Below are positions 24,741 to 35,937 of a stretch of DNA of 64,000 nt, piece after piece (the first letter of the stretch is position 1; every line of letters begins with the position of its first letter). The stretch is from NCBI GenBank assembly GCA_964019335.1, contig OZ025690.1, positions 310,001-374,000 on the forward strand. The letters run 5' to 3'. The notes below the pieces were generated by a model, which saw only the letters and a program-made list of their open reading frames with translations, made no database searches and was not told where the DNA came from. The position numbers were made by a program, and so were the translations under genes. The stretch is from Diplonema japonicum (Eukaryota > Protista > Euglenozoa: Diplonemea).

Positions 24741-26442
24741 TTAAATAGATAGTAATGCGTCACATGTCTCCCCCCCCCCTTTTTTTTTCCCCCTCTTCCT
24801 ACAAACCCGAGACGATACCCAGACAGCAACAAGGTTACCTACCATAATTATTTTATTTCCAAAGGAAAAAGAAAATATAAAAATAAACAAAGAGAAAAAA
24901 GAAATGTCTGTACTTGCATTTTGCTTGCTTGTGTGCGCACGGTACAAATCCTGAGATAAGTACCGCATGCTACCACTATTTTTTTTTTTTTTTTTTTCTT
25001 GCAAGAAACTGAGCGGTAACCTTGTTAAATACAAAAAGAATAAGAAGAAGAAAAAAAAAAGAAAAGGAGGGAGAGGAAGCAAAAAGAAAAAAAAAAAAAA
25101 AAAGAAATGTGTACAAAGAAAAAAAAAATAGAGGAATGCACTTCAACAGCACTAAAACACCTGATTTCCTTTTTTTTTTTTTTTTTTTTTTTTTTAGACA
25201 GCAAATCGAAACTGATCGTTTCTTGGCTTATCTAAGCAAAAGGGGAGCATTTCACGTGTTTGGGGTTTACAAACTTCTCCAGGTTTTTACCCGATACGTT
25301 CCGAAAAACGGCCAGTTCCACCAATTTTTCCTTCCCCCTTCTTTTTCCTCCGTTTCTTCTAAAAAAAAGGGGGGGAAGCCCGCGCGAGTTACAAAAAAAC
25401 GTGTCTTTTGAAGGGCCCCTGCAAATATGTGACAGGAACACCAACAACAACATTCATCAGGTGTTTAGCCTTTTCTGTGGTGTTGCGAAGAAGGAAAAAA
25501 AAAAAAAGAAAAGAATGCTGGAAAGAGGATCCACATCTTAAAAAAAAAAAAGAAAAAAAAATCTTGTTTTGACAACTTTTTCTTTCTTTCTTTCTATTCT
25601 TCCCTGTCACCCACTTTTTGGTTTTTATTTTATTATTATTTTTTTTTGCGCTTTTTTTTTTTTTTTTTTTTTTTTGCACTTCATCTTCCATGTTGAAAGA
25701 GACCAATTAATACAAAAAAAAAAGTAGAAATGAAAAAACCCAGAAGGAAAAAAAAAGAAAGGGGGGGAATGGTGTGCTACTCCCGCTGTTGTTGCTCCCC
25801 CCCCCCCCCCCCCCTTCCCCCCCTTTTTTTTCTCTCTCTCCTTTTTTCATATTCCTATGGATCTATAGATAAAAAACTGAAAATAAAAAAAAGGAATGGG
25901 GGAGAGAGAAGGGGGGAAGCGAGAAAGGTGCTCAAAAATATTCTTTTTGCATTTTTTTGGGGGGGTACTGTAAATCTCAATTATTTCCCGGGAAAAAATA
26001 AAAAATAAAAAATAAAAATCCATTCATTTTGTGAGTGTATTTCCTGGGTGGGAAGAGGAATCTTACGAAATCAGCAGATGGGCGGTGGTCCTCATGATAT
26101 GCCCTTAAAATAATAATAATAATAATAATATAGCTTTCTTTTCTCTTTTTTTTTCCTTTTTTTTTTTTTGCAAAGTTGATGCTGGACAATTTTTCTTCCC
26201 ACAAAATTGAAAGAAATTTACAGCAAATTATTTTTTTTTTTTTCCTCCTTCTCAATTGTGCGAGCTTTGCAAAACAAAACAAAAAAAAAAAGAATGTTTG
26301 TCATCAGCAGCCCATTTGGTTGCACACCCCCCCCCCCCCCCCCCCCCCCTCTTTTTTGAATAGCAGAGAAAAGGGCGCGTCGTTGGTTCGAAAAAAGAAG
26401 TGTGTAAAAAAAAAAAAAAAAAAAGAAAAAAAAATTCCCTTC

Positions 26443-26685
26443 TCAAAATGCCGAATAAACCGGAAGTGAGCCAACATCATCGTCTGAGTCAATGTATTCC
26501 GAAGCATCTACCTCATAGAGCATCACATCTTCAAGCAGCACATCGCTATTCTGAGATGTGTTAAAGGAAACCTTTCGCCGTACGCACTGCTTCGTCAAAG
26601 CAGCGATCTCGTCTTCTTGCTCGCTAAGCAGCCTCACCCTAGCAGTCCACTCCATAACCTCTAAAATCCCAATTTGACGGTGCAT
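26443..26685 (-). CDS. Small hypothetical protein (80 aa)
   Basis: Complex-sequence island between homopolymer tracts; ORF MHRQIGILEVMEW...SAF follows an A-rich leader. Confidence 0.55.
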   Translation of the reverse strand: MHRQIGILEVMEWTARVRLLSEQEDEIAALTKQCVRRKVSFNTSQNSDVLLEDVMLYEVDASEYIDSDDDVGSLPVYSAF

Positions 26686-26871
26686 CGCTGCTTTCCTTTT
26701 TCTTTTTGTTTCGTGTAATATCTGCCTAAGGGGGGGGGGGGGGGGGGGGGGGTGGAGAAAGGAATAAATAAATAAATAAATAAATAAATAAATAGAAAAA
26801 AAAATATATATTACGTTGGTCAAACACAAACAGTAAGACTATCAAGCCTCACAGGTCACGATGAGATGTTT

Positions 26872-27432
26872 TCAATTTTTGTTGCAGAAAAAAACAGCAG
26901 CAGTGACCGCTGCCAACCCCAACGTCATCAGGAACGACTGCTGTTGTGCTGCAGCCTCGGCTCGTGCTGTGAGGATCACCATAACATCAGAGTTCGTAAT
27001 TATCTTGTCGAGCTCCATCTGGGCCTGTCGGCGGATGTGGGCGGAAACTTCCTGAAGATGTGAGTCGAATATGCGTTGCAGGTGCGTGTCCCTTGCCACA
27101 AGGCGGCGGACTTCGCGAGACACGCCCCGTACCACCTCCTCCTCTAGGCTCCTCTTCAGGATGTCTGCTTTCTTCTGCAGATCATGTTCCCTCTCTTCAA
27201 CGAACTCCTTTGCCTTCTGCCTCATGAACCGTTTTCCTTCCTCCGACCTCACCCACCTCTGCACTTCTTCCTTTACATCAACAGGAGGTGCCGGTGTCGC
27301 AGGGGGAGCTGACGCGACCGAAGGGTCATAATGCGGGTTCTCAGCAGGGGGACCATGCCCCTCCACCGCAGCCCTCGCCCCAACCGCCCCTGCAGCTGTC
27401 CCCGCTGCTATGATCGCTAGTCTTCTCGACAT
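26872..27432 (-). CDS. Hypothetical protein (186 aa) with coiled coil and C-terminal TM; possibly mitochondrial
   Basis: MSRRLAIIAAGTAAGAVG N-terminus; hydrophobic C-terminus FLMTLGLAAVTAAVFF; pyrimidine tract and AG directly upstream. Confidence 0.75.
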   Translation of the reverse strand: MSRRLAIIAAGTAAGAVGARAAVEGHGPPAENPHYDPSVASAPPATPAPPVDVKEEVQRWVRSEEGKRFMRQKAKEFVEEREHDLQKKADILKRSLEEEVVRGVSREVRRLVARDTHLQRIFDSHLQEVSAHIRRQAQMELDKIITNSDVMVILTARAEAAAQQQSFLMTLGLAAVTAAVFFCNKN

Positions 27433-27433
27433 C

Positions 27434-27474
27434 CTATAAGAAGTTAAGGAGAAGGACAAGAGGAGAAAGGAAAA

Positions 27475-27506
<32 letters not shown>

Positions 27507-27515
27507 GAGAAAAAA
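27434..27515 (-). promoter_or_regulatory. Polypyrimidine tract and AG, likely spliced-leader trans-splice acceptor
   Basis: Minus strand reads T-run...cctttctcctcttgtccttctccttaacttcttatAG|gATG, 1 nt before the start codon. Confidence 0.5.
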
Positions 27516-27701
27516 AATATTATTCTGGCGCTCGTTTTTCGTGCGCACCGAAGGGGGAGAAGGGGAAAAAAAGGGGGGGGGGGAGTGGATGGTGGTTTAC
27601 AACAAAAAATAGTTTTTTTTTTCTTTTTTCTTCTGAACTATACAAGTAAAAGAGAAACAAACAAAAAAAAAAACAAAAAAAAAACTCTAAATCCCCAATG
27701 C

Positions 27702-29293
27702 CTACCCTGTTCCAGTCCCACGTATGATATCAGAGTACACGGGGGTGGGGATGGGCAACGGTACAGGCACGGGAATGGAGTAGCTCGAGACGTGCGACGC
27801 AGGGGGGGGTGACATATCACGGGAGCCGGTAAGAATAGCAGTGGTGGCACTCCTTCTGGGACTCTGCGACCTGTCGGTGGAGATAGGGCAGGCAAACACG
27901 GAGGAAGGCATGGGGACAGAAGGCCCCTGCTGAGGAGAGATGGACCGCGTTTGTTTTTGCTGCAGATCGGCCACCAGATCCCAAGAAACAAGGTTTTCAT
28001 GCGGGTTGTAAAAATATGTTTTGTCGAGACCCGCATCGTGCCGCTTCACCCACTCCCCTCTGTCGAGCAAATCCTGTGCCAAAATTTCGTAAGGGTCCGA
28101 TGGCGGTGGAGGTGGTGGCGGCACCTGTTCATCCAAGTAGTACTCCTTCAACATCCCCATCGACTGCTTATTCAAGGATACAATCTGGTCAGCCCTCTCC
28201 CTGTGTTCCTCAATGGCGCTCAGGACAGCTTTGAAATCTGTCTCGTCGCCGTTGTCCCCCGACACGCCGCTCACCATCTTATCGAAGCTTTCTTTGACCT
28301 CTTCGTCCAACTTCTTCACCTTGCTTTGGTGCTTGGTTACCTCCTGCAAAGCAGGACCGACGGGAAGTTCTATCGGTGCTTCCTTCACCTCGAACTCCAC
28401 GGCCTTTGCGGGCTCGTTGACAAGACCTCTGATCTGAGCTTGGATTCTGTAAGAGAAAAAAAAAAGATTTTTTTTTTTCCATAAAAAAATTGCATACTTG
28501 GCATTGTGCTGTCCAAGGTCGATCAGCGACCTTGTGAGCTGGTCGATGTGGTCCTCTCTCTGTGTGAGCCGTTTTTCCAATTCAAAGATCCGTTCCCGCT
28601 GCTCGAGGATTGTTTCGTTGGCGTGTTTCAGCTGCAGCTCAAGAAGCTCAGGTTTAGGCACATCGGGTTTGGCTGAGCCTACGGGCAACGGGCTCCCTGC
28701 ACGTGCTGGGGAAACAATTGTCTCATCCTTTAGATGCGAATAATCAAGAGTGCGCGCGGCTATGCGCTCATGGTGGTTGATGACCTCATCTATGTTCGAT
28801 AAGAACTGCGGTTATTAAAATTTAAAAAAAAAAAAAATAATAATAATAATACCTGGTCCAATGGTTGCCCAGGTGATGCGATGTTCACGGGTCCGGGTGA
28901 TGCTAAGTTACGTGGTGACAGGGTTTTCAGCGTTTTGTTTTCGTCACGGAGACCCCTCACCTGCTCCAAGGCCATGGCTAGCTGCTGTTTCATCAGAGTA
29001 ACCTCTGTGTCTTGGTTCATCACGGGTTGGGGTTGTTGAGGCGTTGCTTGTGTCTTTTCTTCTATAGTGACCCTCCTTTCGGGGCTCACATGCCACCCGT
29101 AGGGGCATTGCTTCGACTGAGCCTTGTCTATCATCTGCCTGTTTGTGGTCCCCCTCTTCACAGGGCTGCGCTTCGTCACATCTACCTCGCCCCGATTCGG
29201 CAAAAGGTGTGGTGGGATACGACCAATGCCCGTGCTGTCACCAATAACAGCCACAGCACCCCCGCTCCGGGAGGGTTTACTGATCCGCGGCAT
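27702..29293 (-). CDS. Coiled-coil and WW-domain protein, 3 exons
   Basis: GT-AG introns 28806-28852 (47 nt) and 28447-28497 (51 nt) join the two ORFs in frame; WW motif GEWVKRHDAGLDKTYFYNPHENLVSWD. Confidence 0.8.
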
Positions 29294-29421
29294 TTTATGT
29301 CCCTCCCTCTTGTTTGATTTTAACACACTGCCATGAAAAAAGAAGGGGAAAGGGTAGCGGGGAAAAGGGGAAAATAATATAAAAAAAAATCTATACAAAA
29401 TCTAGGCGTGGTGGGGGTGGG

Positions 29422-29463
<42 letters not shown>

Positions 29464-29645
29464 GGGAGTGCTCACCGTTTATACCGTACAGATTCTCTTG
29501 TCGTGGACATGATTCGTTACGACTTGTGTCTTTTGTTCGCGAGCAAACAAAAAAAAACAAAAAAAAAGACAAAAAAAATGTTAAAAAGGTCGGGACACAA
29601 GCTGCATAAGGCAATAATATATTTTCAACCTTTTATTCCCCGTGT

Positions 29646-29680
<35 letters not shown>

Positions 29681-29695
29681 GAGGGGAAAAGGAAT

Positions 29696-31924
29696 CTAAG
29701 GATATTGAACAGCATGCATCAGGCGGCGACGGTAGATCTCCTCAAAGGTAGCATCCACCTCATCGTCAGGGAGAAGCTTTGTCACTGCCGAGGCCATGGC
29801 CTTCGCCTTGGCACGTTTTTGGAGCTCTGGAGGCAGGGGGGCATGCGGTACAATGCTGCTGTCCCATCTAGTCGACCGTCGGCCCCCCAAGACCCTTGTT
29901 CTGTAAAGGTCTACCTCTGTACTGCTCTCGAGTTGTACCTTGGGCCGCCCTGGGGGGGACATGTACCTGTCATGAACTTCGCGCCTCTCCCTCACAGGAG
30001 AGATCTTCGATGCGTCCCGTCGTTGGCCTGTCGGGGACATGAACTTGTTCTCACGTTCCCTCTTGGGCGTTCTTCTCCTCTTTACTGGCGACACCCCTCT
30101 GATCTGCATTGCGTGCTGGAAGTCTCGCGTCTCTCTCAACAGCTCGGACAGGCCTTGGTCTTTCACGTCTTGTCGTTGTGCCAAATCCGCAGGGTAGTAC
30201 TCCGGGAAGATCCCACACTCCCTTCTGTTAACAGGGCTCAAATCTCTTCTGTCTTCATGCCATTCCCTCTCTCTCACAGGCGACTCCAAGTGTCTCACAG
30301 GCGACTCCAAGTGCCTCACAGGCGACGTGTTCCTTTCCTTCACAGGCGTCCGATGTCCCTCCAACCGCCGTCCGAATCTGATCCTGTCCCTCAAGATGGG
30401 TGACCTCAAAGGCGTGCTTTCCAGGTGGACGCGGGTCCTGGTCGGGGACGAGCCCCTGTGGCTGTTGTGGTTGCGGTGGTTCCTTGTAGGGGATGTGGTT
30501 CGCCAGTCGTGGGCCTCACGGTCCCTTACAGGAGACGTGTTTCGCCGTTCCTTGTGCTCCAAGTCCCTCATGTCCCTCCTGTCCCTCATGGGTGACGTGT
30601 TGCGACTGTCTCTGAAATGCTCGAAGATCTCCCTGTGCTTGCCCCTGCTAGGTGAGGTGCTCCTCTGTTCTTTGTATGTTCTATCCCTGTCCCTGTCCCT
30701 GTCCCTGTCCCTGATGGGTGGCGTATCCCTCTCGTTTCGGTAGTACTCACGTGCCTCGATGCGGTCCCGTGCTGGTGACGTGTCTCGCCGGTCGTTGTCT
30801 CTACCCCTACCCTTGTCTCTTGCTGGTGGTGTGTCCCACCGTTCGTCTCTGTGGTGTTTGTATACCTCTGCACGGCTCTGTAGGGGCGAGGCGTCTCTCC
30901 GTTCGTGGTAGTTTCTATCCCTTGTTGGGGAAATGCTTCTTCGGTTCTTTCTGTCCTTCTCCTGCTCTCTGTCGTAAGTGTCGCTTCTGCTCCTTGTGGG
31001 AGACGTGTTCCGCCGTTCGTCTCTACGATTCCCGCCGTAGGTCTCATTGCTATGCTTCCTTTCCCTATCACGGTATGCCCTGTCCCGTGTGGGTGAAGTG
31101 TCTCTCCGTTCATCCCTGCCATAGCCTCTGTCCCTCGTGGGTGATGTGCGCCGCTCGTCTCTGTAGTGCCCACCCCCATCGTGCACCGCGTCTCTGTGCC
31201 GATCCCTCGTGGAAGGTGTGCTGCCCCTTGCTCTCTCCCTCAGTGGAGAGGTGCGCCTCTGCATGCGATCCCTACCAGTACCAGAGGTGTCCTGCCGATC
31301 CCGCTCCCCATTCTTCAAGGGGGAGGTGTTCCTGTCGTGAGGCACGCGCTTTGCCCTACGAGGCGAGACATCCCAGTTGCTGAAGGTGGGCTTCAACGAG
31401 TGAGGATCACCACCACGGGTAGGGACCTGGGATAAGATGTTACGGGGTTCTGTGAGGTAGTCATGAGGGCCACGTTGGGGAGAGGTGTTGCGTTGGGCGA
31501 AGATGGACGACACGGGGAGAGGGGCGTGAGGGGTGTGATCATCGCTGGTGAAGACACCTGAATCGGCTTCAGAGCAAGCGGGGGTTTGGAGGGTGGGACC
31601 TGAAGGCCGCCTGGGGGAGATGGCCGACTGGCTTGCGAAGAGTTGCTGGTGATCCTCCGGCGACGGGTTCCCCACGTGAAGAGAGTGCCTCACACCCGCC
31701 CTGATACACATCTCGCGCAGCTTACCGAGAAGCACACCAGCCCTGTCACCCCTGTCCATCATGTGTATCCGCATCTCGTACCCATCGACGACCACTCTGA
31801 GACAAGCGAGACCTACTTCGTACGCGACACTGCGTATCTTCTTCTTATTCGTCCAAAGAGTCACCTCGTCACCGAAGAAGGAGTGCTGCACGCCATCTGC
31901 TGAGAATATGTTTAGCACCTCCAT
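29696..31924 (-). CDS. Low-complexity Arg/Asp-rich protein with many R-x-x-T-S-P-x-R repeats (~742 aa)
   Basis: Long ORF; more than 20 SPxR motifs; 21-bp DNA repeat (HLESPVR) near 30273-30330. Confidence 0.75.
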   Translation of the reverse strand: MEVLNIFSADGVQHSFFGDEVTLWTNKKKIRSVAYEVGLACLRVVVDGYEMRIHMMDRGDRAGVLLGKLREMCIRAGVRHSLHVGNPSPEDHQQLFASQSAISPRRPSGPTLQTPACSEADSGVFTSDDHTPHAPLPVSSIFAQRNTSPQRGPHDYLTEPRNILSQVPTRGGDPHSLKPTFSNWDVSPRRAKRVPHDRNTSPLKNGERDRQDTSGTGRDRMQRRTSPLRERARGSTPSTRDRHRDAVHDGGGHYRDERRTSPTRDRGYGRDERRDTSPTRDRAYRDRERKHSNETYGGNRRDERRNTSPTRSRSDTYDREQEKDRKNRRSISPTRDRNYHERRDASPLQSRAEVYKHHRDERWDTPPARDKGRGRDNDRRDTSPARDRIEAREYYRNERDTPPIRDRDRDRDRDRTYKEQRSTSPSRGKHREIFEHFRDSRNTSPMRDRRDMRDLEHKERRNTSPVRDREAHDWRTTSPTRNHRNHNSHRGSSPTRTRVHLESTPLRSPILRDRIRFGRRLEGHRTPVKERNTSPVRHLESPVRHLESPVREREWHEDRRDLSPVNRRECGIFPEYYPADLAQRQDVKDQGLSELLRETRDFQHAMQIRGVSPVKRRRTPKRERENKFMSPTGQRRDASKISPVRERREVHDRYMSPPGRPKVQLESSTEVDLYRTRVLGGRRSTRWDSSIVPHAPLPPELQKRAKAKAMASAVTKLLPDDEVDATFEEIYRRRLMHAVQYP

Positions 31925-32021
31925 CGCGGCATGATTTTTTTTTCCCCCCCTTTCTACAGATAACTTGAGCAACAACACAACAAAAAGGGGAGAAAAAAAA
32001 AAGTGGGGGGGGGAATGGAAT

Positions 32022-33587
32022 CTAACTCCCAATGTCGAGGTATTCTTGATCTGACTTCGGCAGGAAATTGGAAGGTCCCATCGAAGCTGTTTTGTACTGA
32101 TGCAGCAGCATCTCAAGAGGATCCACACGGAACAGCATGTTGAACTGGATCATGGCGGGGGGGACGGGGAGGTGGGCGAGCTTCTTCTTGATGGAGTCAA
32201 GCAGCTGTTTAGGCCGCGTGAAGCACGACTCAGAGTGGATGAGCACCTTAAACGACATAGCAAGCGACCCACCGATGTGGGACTTGCTGTCGTCGGGTCG
32301 GAGTGAAACCCTCGCCTGCACGACGATGCTGGGCATGACAGGAAGACGGTCCGCTTCAACAACAGCGCGAGACGGGTCTAAAGGACGGAAAATTCTCTCG
32401 GAAAAGTGTTTTTCATCATGCGGGGTACGCAACTCCAACGGGGAAGGTGCTTTGCTGAAAACCGACCTTTTTCTGTCCTGCGAATCCACTGCATTTTGCA
32501 TCTTTTGCACGGAAGGTGGTTCCGTCGGCTGGGCAGCACCTGTATAAGTGCAAAACGATTCGATTGAAAGGTGAATGTCCCGTTGAACCCGTTTTGCCCA
32601 CTTCGCCCACTCTTCTTTTCGTTTTTCAACCCTCTTCTGATACTCCCCAGGGCCTCCTTTGTCGAATTCGCACCGGATGACCGTTGTTTCGAATACTCTG
32701 GTCGGGTCTTTCAAAGGCTCGAAACGTTTTGCCTCAGCCCTCGTTTCCATCTCTTCCAAGGTGTCGCCGAGAATGTAGGACCACATCGTCAAGGCCTTGG
32801 TGGAGTCTTCCTCCCCTCCGATGGTTCCCTCGTCCGCTCCGAGATAAATTTGCTTTTCCCGAACGGAGTTGGATAATTCTAGAACTTCAACAGCATGACC
32901 AATGGTGTCGATACAGGACGTGGGGCCATACGCGGTCGCAGCTCGGTTTTGCATTTCGTTCTCCTGGTAAATTTCATACACAGGGTAAAGGCTGCGTCCA
33001 AAGAATTGTCGAATTGCCGCTCGTGGGGCTCCTGTAGGTGGAGCGTCATTGCCACCATTTGTGCTGTGCGTGGGGCAGCGAGAGTTTCCTTTCTCACGTT
33101 GTCTTAGACAAATGTGTTTTCCGTCTTGTGACAGGACGATGGACCCACATGGGCGGTTACGGAGCATGGCGGTTATCCAGATTCTTTCTGTAGGGCGGAG
33201 GTGAAGCCTGCTGAAGAGAGTGATGCGTTCCTTGTTTGTCATGGATGACAGGCGGTCCCATGTTATGCCCGCTTCCTCGAGGATGAACGATAGTTTTTCC
33301 GCTCTGTTTTCTGTTCCCTGAACCCTTCTTTCCGTCTCGCCTGCGGACGCGTACTGCAGCTTCCAAAACATCATCTTCATGGCTGTCATTGAGGCTTCTC
33401 CTGTTTCTCGAATCACATCTTCCACTTTTTTTTTCTCGGGGGGCAGCACCGATGGGGGCATCCCTATCAAATCTGCCTCAACGACCTCGCCACTTTTGAA
33501 CATTGCTTTTACTGGCGGAGGTGCGGCTTTTGCTGACCGCATCTTCATGACAGCAGCCTTGCTTATCCGCATTACTTTCTTCCCCAT
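32022..33587 (-). CDS. Hypothetical protein (521 aa)
   Basis: Long ORF starting after an A-run; possible C-C-C-H cluster (PCG..ICLR..RCPTH); no family recognised. Confidence 0.8.
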   Translation of the reverse strand: MGKKVMRISKAAVMKMRSAKAAPPPVKAMFKSGEVVEADLIGMPPSVLPPEKKKVEDVIRETGEASMTAMKMMFWKLQYASAGETERRVQGTENRAEKLSFILEEAGITWDRLSSMTNKERITLFSRLHLRPTERIWITAMLRNRPCGSIVLSQDGKHICLRQREKGNSRCPTHSTNGGNDAPPTGAPRAAIRQFFGRSLYPVYEIYQENEMQNRAATAYGPTSCIDTIGHAVEVLELSNSVREKQIYLGADEGTIGGEEDSTKALTMWSYILGDTLEEMETRAEAKRFEPLKDPTRVFETTVIRCEFDKGGPGEYQKRVEKRKEEWAKWAKRVQRDIHLSIESFCTYTGAAQPTEPPSVQKMQNAVDSQDRKRSVFSKAPSPLELRTPHDEKHFSERIFRPLDPSRAVVEADRLPVMPSIVVQARVSLRPDDSKSHIGGSLAMSFKVLIHSESCFTRPKQLLDSIKKKLAHLPVPPAMIQFNMLFRVDPLEMLLHQYKTASMGPSNFLPKSDQEYLDIGS

Positions 33588-33746
33588 CTTTTTTTTTCCC
33601 CCCCTCCTGTTTTGCTATGAGGAATATTAAAAAAAAATAGTTCATCAAGGAAAAATGACAAAAGGTACATGGGGGGGGAGGGAGGAAAGGGTGAAGGAGA
33701 AGGGGAGAGAAAAAAAAAAGAGAAAAAACTCGAACTGTTTTGATCC

Positions 33747-33782
<36 letters not shown>

Positions 33783-33909
33783 GAACCATCGCATCGAATC
33801 AGAAAGAAAAGGCGATGTTTAAAGGGCAAATCCCACTTGAGGACCACCCTAAAAAAAAGGGGGGGGGGGAGAAGGAAAAAAAACAAAGTGGGAAAAGGGG
33901 ATAGTGTAT

Positions 33910-33940
<31 letters not shown>

Positions 33941-34021
33941 CATTCAAAACAAGAGGGGGAGGGGGGTAAAAAAAAAAGATCTAAAACATTCCCTTTTCTC
34001 CCAACCCCAACTTATATAAAT

Positions 34022-35806
34022 GGGTAAAATTCAGATAGGGGTACAGAATTTAGCCCTTTCTTGGATTTGGCCATAAAATGACCTAAGGTGAGGAAGAACA
34101 CCTCACGGTTGTCACCAAAACCACCCTGTGGGCCCATTCCTGGGTGACAACAGTGATAGGCGCACGTATTTTGGGAATATTTCCCTGTTTTTGTGTGTTT
34201 TTGGGCCCTTTTTGGGACTTGTCAAGAATGGACAGATTTTCCTGTTTTTCGTAGGTGCGCCAAAAAAATGGAAAAAATACATGTTTGTACCCAGAGGTCG
34301 TAGGGTGTGAAACATGCCATTTCCACACCCCAGGGGGGTCATTTTATGAATCAGAAAAAGAACTGGAAACCCCTGACACCCCCTGTCATAGGGGGTACCC
34401 CCTGACACCCCCTATGACAGGGCTCAGAACACCGTCCTTTTGACATGTTGCATGTCAAAACACCATATTTTACCCCAAAAACACCGAAACACCACGAATA
34501 TCACCCCATGGGACCCTTGAAAACATGTCTGAAATCGACTTTGCAATCCTGGAAGGGGAGCGGTTTATGGCCAAAACTCAGGTACAAAAGCGCCAGTTTT
34601 GCAGCTTGAAAACAGAGATTGAGGAGTTACGTAAGACATGGAAACTGGACAAATCGAGTTTAAATTTGTTTCTGCAGCATATTAAGAACACAACACTCTT
34701 AAGAAAGGCTGGAAAGAGGTTCAGGTGCCTCAAGTGCAGCCACACAACAGAAGGTTGCGCATTGTCTCGAGAAGGTTCTGTGTCGTCAACAGAGTCAAGC
34801 CCCGTAAGTCCTGCAAGTCCTGCTAATGAAAGTCCGTCTGAACAATCGCAAACAAGGTGCAACACTCCACGGCCTGCAAGACTTGCAGCTGAGTATAGTA
34901 ACCCCATTTAGCGAACGGACCAGAGGGTGAGCTGATCGTCAGTGTGGACTTCAAGGAGAAGCCCAAAATCCCGATGAGGGTGGAACAGCCGAACCAGGAT
35001 TTTTATAATCAAGCTGGGTTCGCATTTCTGGGTTTCACTGCCCATTATTTAGAAGGCAAGTCCATCACTTTTACTTCTTATTAAGGTCCCTCAACCAAGA
35101 CAGTCCTGTTGTCATCAGCTGTTTTGAAACCTTAATGAAAGAGGACCTGTTCAAAACGAAGCTCAAATCACGAAGTTTGAACATATGGTGCGACTCTGGG
35201 AAACACTTCCAAAGCCAGGTCGTCGCATCCTTTTTCCTTCTCCATTCCCGAACCCGTTTCTTAAATTTCTCCGGGCCGACACGGAAAAAACGAATGTGAC
35301 TCACACTTCGGGGTGGTCTCCAGAACTGTCATGTCCCATGTGCGCCACACATCCATCCTCACCATCAGCAACTATCAAAGAGTCGTAGCCGGCATCTCTT
35401 CTGATGTAAGGGTCAGCACAAAACTCCTGGAAGACTCCCCAGATGAAGATGACGAAGATAGTGGCAGTGATAGTGACGATTCTTCGACGGACGTGAGAGA
35501 GAATGGTGTGGAACGTGCTTTGCGCCGAAAGCGTGAGAGGTTCGAGCGGGCTTTTGAAAAGTCTGAAAAGGGGGAATCCAGTGTCCAAAAGAGAAAGGCC
35601 GAAAAGGAGAAAAAAGGGTCAAAAAAAGCAAAAAAAAAATAGGGGGGGAAAAATGTATGCACCCATTTTAGTGGTTCTCCCACCCCCCACTTGGTTCCTA
35701 GGGGGTCTGTGATGGCGAAAACCACCCAGAAACACCTCGGGAGGGCGTGGAAAGACATCAGGGCAATCCAGGGCTAAATTCTGTACCCCTACTTTGAATT
35801 TTACCC
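34022..35806 (+). mobile_element. Sola2-like DNA transposon, degenerate
   Basis: 36-37-bp imperfect TIR GGGTAAAATTCA..TAGGGGTACAGAATTTAGCCCT (34022-34057 and 35770-35806), GGG...CCC termini, 4-bp TSD AAAT (34018-21 and 35807-10). Frameshifted transposase motifs VDFKEK (D 34947), IWCDSGKHFQS (D 35192), HGKNECDSHFG (D 35298). Confidence 0.85.
34525..35642 (+). pseudogene. Sola2-type DDD transposase pseudogene
   Basis: Three catalytic-Asp motifs lie in different frames separated by 1-nt shifts; the C-terminus is acidic then Lys-rich (NLS-like). Confidence 0.75.
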
Positions 35807-35937
35807 AAATATACTCTTTTAACAAAAAAAAATAAAAAAAAAAAAAAACAACAACAACACACCCTTTTTTTTTTTTTTTCCATTTCCATTCTTCTTCTTT
35901 ACAACAAATCTAAGTATTAAAAATAAAATAAAAAAAA

